NCBI GenBank assembly: GCA_963702425.1
Contig: CAVPCQ010000001.1
Span: forward strand, 1-30,608
Direction: 5' to 3'
DNA from: an uncultured Acidobacteriota bacterium
Lineage (GTDB): Bacteria; Acidobacteriota; Polarisedimenticolia; J045
Length of the DNA: 30,608 nucleotides
Shown: positions 27,106 through 30,608 of the stretch, piece after piece
How the letters are laid out: every line of letters starts with the position of its first letter
Position numbering within the stretch: the first letter of the stretch is position 1
Notes under the pieces: generated by a model
Database searches by the model: none
Told to the model about the DNA's origin: nothing
The model's input: the letters and a program-made list of their open reading frames with translations, nothing else
Made by a program: the position numbers and the translations under genes

Positions 27106-27539
27106 CAAGACGCGCTTTCGTCCCGGTCGCGCTGGCCGTCCTCACCCTGCTCTCCACCTTCGGCGTTACCGCGTTCGCCGGCGACGGGCCGGCGGCGGGC
27201 GACCGGCAGGTCGTCGCCTACTACTTTCACGGCAAGGTGCGCTGCCGAACCTGTGTCGGGATGGAGGGCATGACGACCGCGGTCCTGAAGACCGACTTCC
27301 CTGCCCAGCTCAAGGACAAGTCGATCGACTGGCGCGTCGTCAACTACGACGAGGCGGCGAACGAGCACTTCATCGAGGATTTCAAGCTCGTCGGCCCGTC
27401 CGTCGTGCTGGTGGAGACGGTCGGCGGCCGGCAGGTTCGCTACCGGAACCTCGACAAGATCTGGCAGTTGGCGCACGAGGAAGACGAGTTCAAGCAGTAC
27501 ATCAGGACGCAGATCGCAGGCTTCCTGAAGCAGGGCTGA
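27102..27539 (+). CDS. arsF: ArsF-like exported thioredoxin-fold protein (145 aa)
   Basis: AAGGAG before ATG 27102, which overlaps the arsR stop. Signal peptide; AYYFHGKVRCRTCVGME..NEHF..NLDKIW. Confidence 0.75.
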   Translation: MTRRAFVPVALAVLTLLSTFGVTAFAGDGPAAGDRQVVAYYFHGKVRCRTCVGMEGMTTAVLKTDFPAQLKDKSIDWRVVNYDEAANEHFIEDFKLVGPSVVLVETVGGRQVRYRNLDKIWQLAHEEDEFKQYIRTQIAGFLKQG

Positions 27540-27555
27540 TCCGTGCGACCGGCCC

Positions 27556-28245
27556 GTGGCTGAACTGCTCGCCGGCGCCGCGACGGCGCTGTGGCTGGGG
27601 ATCCTGACCTCGATCAGCCCCTGCCCCCTGGCGACCAACGTCGCGGCGGTGTCGTACGTCGGGACGCAGGTCGACCGTCCACGGCGCGTCGTCTGGGCCG
27701 GCCTGCTCTACGCGGCCGGGCGCGCGGCGGCGTACGTCGCGGTCGGCGGCCTGCTCGTGCTCGGCCTGCTCTCCGCCCCCAGGCTGTCGCACGGGCTGCA
27801 GCGCTGGATGACGGCGGCGCTGGGGCCGATCCTGCTGCTCACCGGACTCGTGCTGCTGGGTGCGGTCCGGCTGCCGCTCGGCGGCCGCGGCGTCTCGGAG
27901 TCGCTGCAACGCCGCGTCGATCGGATGGGATTGCCGGGGGCCGCACTGCTGGGCTTCGTCTTCGCGCTCAGCTTCTGCCCGATCTCGGCGGCGCTGTTCT
28001 TCGGCAGCCTGGTGCCGCTCGCGCTCGAGACGCGGTCCAGCGTGCTGCTGCCGTCGGCCTACGGGCTGGGGACCGCGGTCCCGGTGCTCGGCTTCGCGAT
28101 CCCGCTGGGCCTCGGCGCGAGCTGGGTCGGATCGGCGTTCGATCGCGTGACGCAGGTCGGGCGCTGGGCGCGCTGGCTTACCGCCGCGGTCTTCCTGGCC
28201 ATCGGCGGCTGGTTCACCGCGCGCGCGACGCTGGGGCTGTTCTGA
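27556..28245 (+). CDS. arsG: ArsG-like / CcdA-DsbD-family membrane protein
   Basis: LGILTSISPCPLATN and FALSFCPISAALFFGSLVP; about six TM helices; directly follows the arsF-like gene. Confidence 0.8.
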   Translation: MAELLAGAATALWLGILTSISPCPLATNVAAVSYVGTQVDRPRRVVWAGLLYAAGRAAAYVAVGGLLVLGLLSAPRLSHGLQRWMTAALGPILLLTGLVLLGAVRLPLGGRGVSESLQRRVDRMGLPGAALLGFVFALSFCPISAALFFGSLVPLALETRSSVLLPSAYGLGTAVPVLGFAIPLGLGASWVGSAFDRVTQVGRWARWLTAAVFLAIGGWFTARATLGLF

Positions 28246-28414
28246 GCGGCGTCGCAGGCCGGGAAGCCGGCCCGGAACACGTCAGGAGCGCGAACGGCCG
28301 GGATGCGTTATCATTATTGTTCGGCGTCCGTCGAAGTGACCGGTGCGACGTCACCACCCAGTAAGCCGGTCGCGAGCCTCGCCTCGCGGGCGTTTCCCAG
28401 GAAGGACTTAGCCC

Positions 28415-28642
28415 ATGTCCAAGACCTCTTCGACCTTCGGCGTCAGCGAGCGGGTGATTCATCCCATCTACGGGACCGGGACGATCGCGGACGTGACCCA
28501 GCCCTACACCATCATCGACTTCGACAAGGGCGGGCGGAAGAAGTTCGTGACCAGCATGGTCCAGCTCGAGGCGACCAGCGTCGAGGCCCCGACCAAGCCG
28601 GCGTCCAAGTCGCGCGCCAAGAAGGCCAAGTCCGCCAAGTAG
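28415..28642 (+). CDS. Small SH3/Tudor-like protein with a basic tail (75 aa)
   Basis: AAGGA before the ATG. ERVIHPIYGTGTIADV..IIDFDKGGRKKF resembles the UvrD/PcrA C-terminal and CarD-type Tudor folds. Tail KPASKSRAKKAKSAK. Confidence 0.7.
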   Translation: MSKTSSTFGVSERVIHPIYGTGTIADVTQPYTIIDFDKGGRKKFVTSMVQLEATSVEAPTKPASKSRAKKAKSAK

Positions 28643-28676
28643 CGGCGGTCGGGCGCTGCGGTCGTCGGTGCCCCTG

Positions 28677-30567
28677 TCACCGACGCTGTGGTTTCGCCAG
28701 CCGCGCCAGCTGCTCCGCCGTCAGCGGACTGCACCAACCCGAGTAGTTCACCAGCGGCTTCGGAGGGTCGGCCAGGGGAACCCACTTCCCGTCGGCGCGA
28801 TCGAGCCACGCGATGTCCCAGCTCATCCCCTCCACCACCGGGACCACCCCCTTCACGCTCCGCACCTCGCCGTTCTCCCACCAGAAGGCGCGGATCTGGC
28901 CGTCCGCGGCGTCCAGCACGAGCGGGCTCGCGTGGCACGCTTCGCACGGGCGTCCCTCCTTCATCACCGAGTGCGAGAACCAGGGCGCGAACGTGATCAT
29001 CGTCTTCCCGCGGTAGACGTAGCTCAGGAAGTTGCCCAGCGTCACCTTCCCGCGGCGGTTGACGAGGAAGAGCATCTCGGTCAGGAGGACCGACTCGTCC
29101 CGGTTCTCGGCGACCCGCGTGTCGACGTGGCAGTTCACGCAGGTCCAGTACTCGTGGGTGTGGCAGGCCGTGCAGTCGACCTTGCCGGCGTGCACGGTGT
29201 GGCTGCGGCTGGGCGGGAGCGCGGTGTGGCAGCCCTCGCAGCTCGCCGAGACGGCGCCTTCCTGGAGGCACGAGTCGTAGGCCACGCCGTCGCCGTGGAG
29301 GTCGCGCGCGGCATGGCAGCTAGTGCAGGTCATGCCGCGCGCCGCGTGGATGTCCTTCGTCGCGTTCTCGGGATCGACCGAGTGGCAGCGGGGACAGGCC
29401 TGCTCGGCGCGGGCCGCCGTCGCGGCGTAGGCCGCCTGGCCCGCGGCCTCGACGCGGTGGCAGACGTCGCAGCTCTTCACGTGGCACTTGGCCTTCATGC
29501 AGCCCATCTGGTCGACGGTGAGGCCCGTCAGGCGCTCGAGGCCTCCCTGCTCCTTCGCGTACCAGTACGCGATCCCGCGGTTCGTGGAGTGCAGGCTCTT
29601 CTCGTAGAAATTCGTGCCGGCGGTCAGCGCCGGCGCGGGCAGCGTGCCGAGGAACTCGAGCACGGCGGCGCTGAACTCGCCGGGCTTCTCCATGTTCACC
29701 GCGTGGCCCGCCCCGGGAATCGAGACCCGGCGGGTCCGCGGCACCTGCTTTTCGATCAGCGCCGCGATCTCGTGGATTCCGGCGGCGTCCAGTTCGCCGA
29801 GCCACGAGCAGCACCGGGGCCTGGATCTCGCGCAGCCGCCCGATCGCCGGCGGATCCGGGCGCAGCATCGGCCCGCTCCCCTCGAACTTCGCGACGGAGT
29901 TCCGCGCCATCGCGCCGACCTTCTCCCGCACCGCCGGATCGACCTGGCTCGGGGCGCGCTTCGGCCCGTCGGTCCAGGCCCGCTGGTAGGCCTCGACGAA
30001 CGCCGCGGCGTCGCCCTCGTGCGCCGCCTTCTCCTGCTGCCGTTCCGCGGCCAGGACCTCCGGGTCCTTGAACTCGTACCCGGAGAGGCCCGGACCGACC
30101 AGGACCAGGGCCGCGGGCTCCTCCGGGTGTGCGATCCCGAAGTCGATCGCGACGCGCCCGCCGAGCGACATCCCGACCAGCACCGGCCGCTCGAGCTGCA
30201 GCGCGTCGATCAGCGCCTGCAGGTCGGCTTCCGGCGAGTAGGTCTGGGGCCCGGTCTCGCTCAGGCCGTGCGCGCGCGCATCGTACCGCACGACGCGGAA
30301 CCGCTTCGCCCACTCGAGGAACTGCGCGTCCCACATCCGCCGGTCGAGCAGGCCGCCGTGCAGCAGGACGAGCGGGCGGCCCTGCCCGGCGTCCTCGTAG
30401 TAGAGCCGTGCCCCGTTGGTCTCGACGAAGCCGGTGCGGACGGTGGGGGCGCCGGGGGGAGTGCCGGGAGCGTCGCCGGCCATGACGAGGCCCGGAAGCG
30501 GCGTCAGCAGGGCCAGCAGAGCCACGAGGAGAACCGAGCACGCGCGCGGGCCGCGATCGTTCGACAT
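28677..30567 (-). CDS. Secreted alpha/beta-hydrolase fused to a multiheme cytochrome c (~629 aa after correcting a +1 frameshift at ~29802)
   Basis: Signal peptide; LLHGG and GMSLGG. After removing one base the frame reads LVLGELD..PGAGHAVNMEKPGEF, then seven CxxCH motifs and one CX4CH motif. Confidence 0.85.
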
Positions 30568-30608
30568 GGGCGCCCCCTCTCCCGGGACGTGGGGCCGGTC
30601 GGCTGACC

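Noticed and set aside
1-30608. tRNA, rRNA or intact transposase/integrase genes
   Set aside because: None recognised by eye; tRNAscan-SE and Rfam scans would be needed to exclude small RNAs.

Overview
High-GC bacterial window, possibly Acidobacteriota (inference from gene content only), with three blocks. (1) 1-16.7 kb is a secreted/surface-protein island. A beta-propeller sensor kinase and a NarL-type regulator lie divergent from an operon of three mosaic ~710-aa phage-fibre-like secreted paralogues plus a small putative adaptor. These are followed by a subtilase with a GILW(A/G)D hexapeptide tail and a candidate sigma54 promoter, and by a double beta-helix protein. (2) 18.1-23.5 kb is a 5.36-kb segment bracketed by a 115-bp duplication of the acr3 3' end. 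It holds a 1360-aa FG-GAP protein and several gene remnants. (3) 23.5-28.2 kb is an ArsR-controlled arsenic locus (acr3, arsE/F/G-like, no arsC) that also carries a GcvH-like lipoyl carrier, two DGC proteins and an OsmC lacking its second canonical Cys. An alpha/beta-hydrolase fused to a multiheme cytochrome c follows. Best candidates for undescribed systems: the lipoyl-carrier/OsmC/DGC module in the ars operon, and a ~100-aa C-terminal domain ending Cys-Pro-stop shared by three unrelated secreted proteins (possible sorting or anchoring signal). Five genes carry net +1 frameshifts that look like sequencing errors. All family calls are by eye; no database searches were run.
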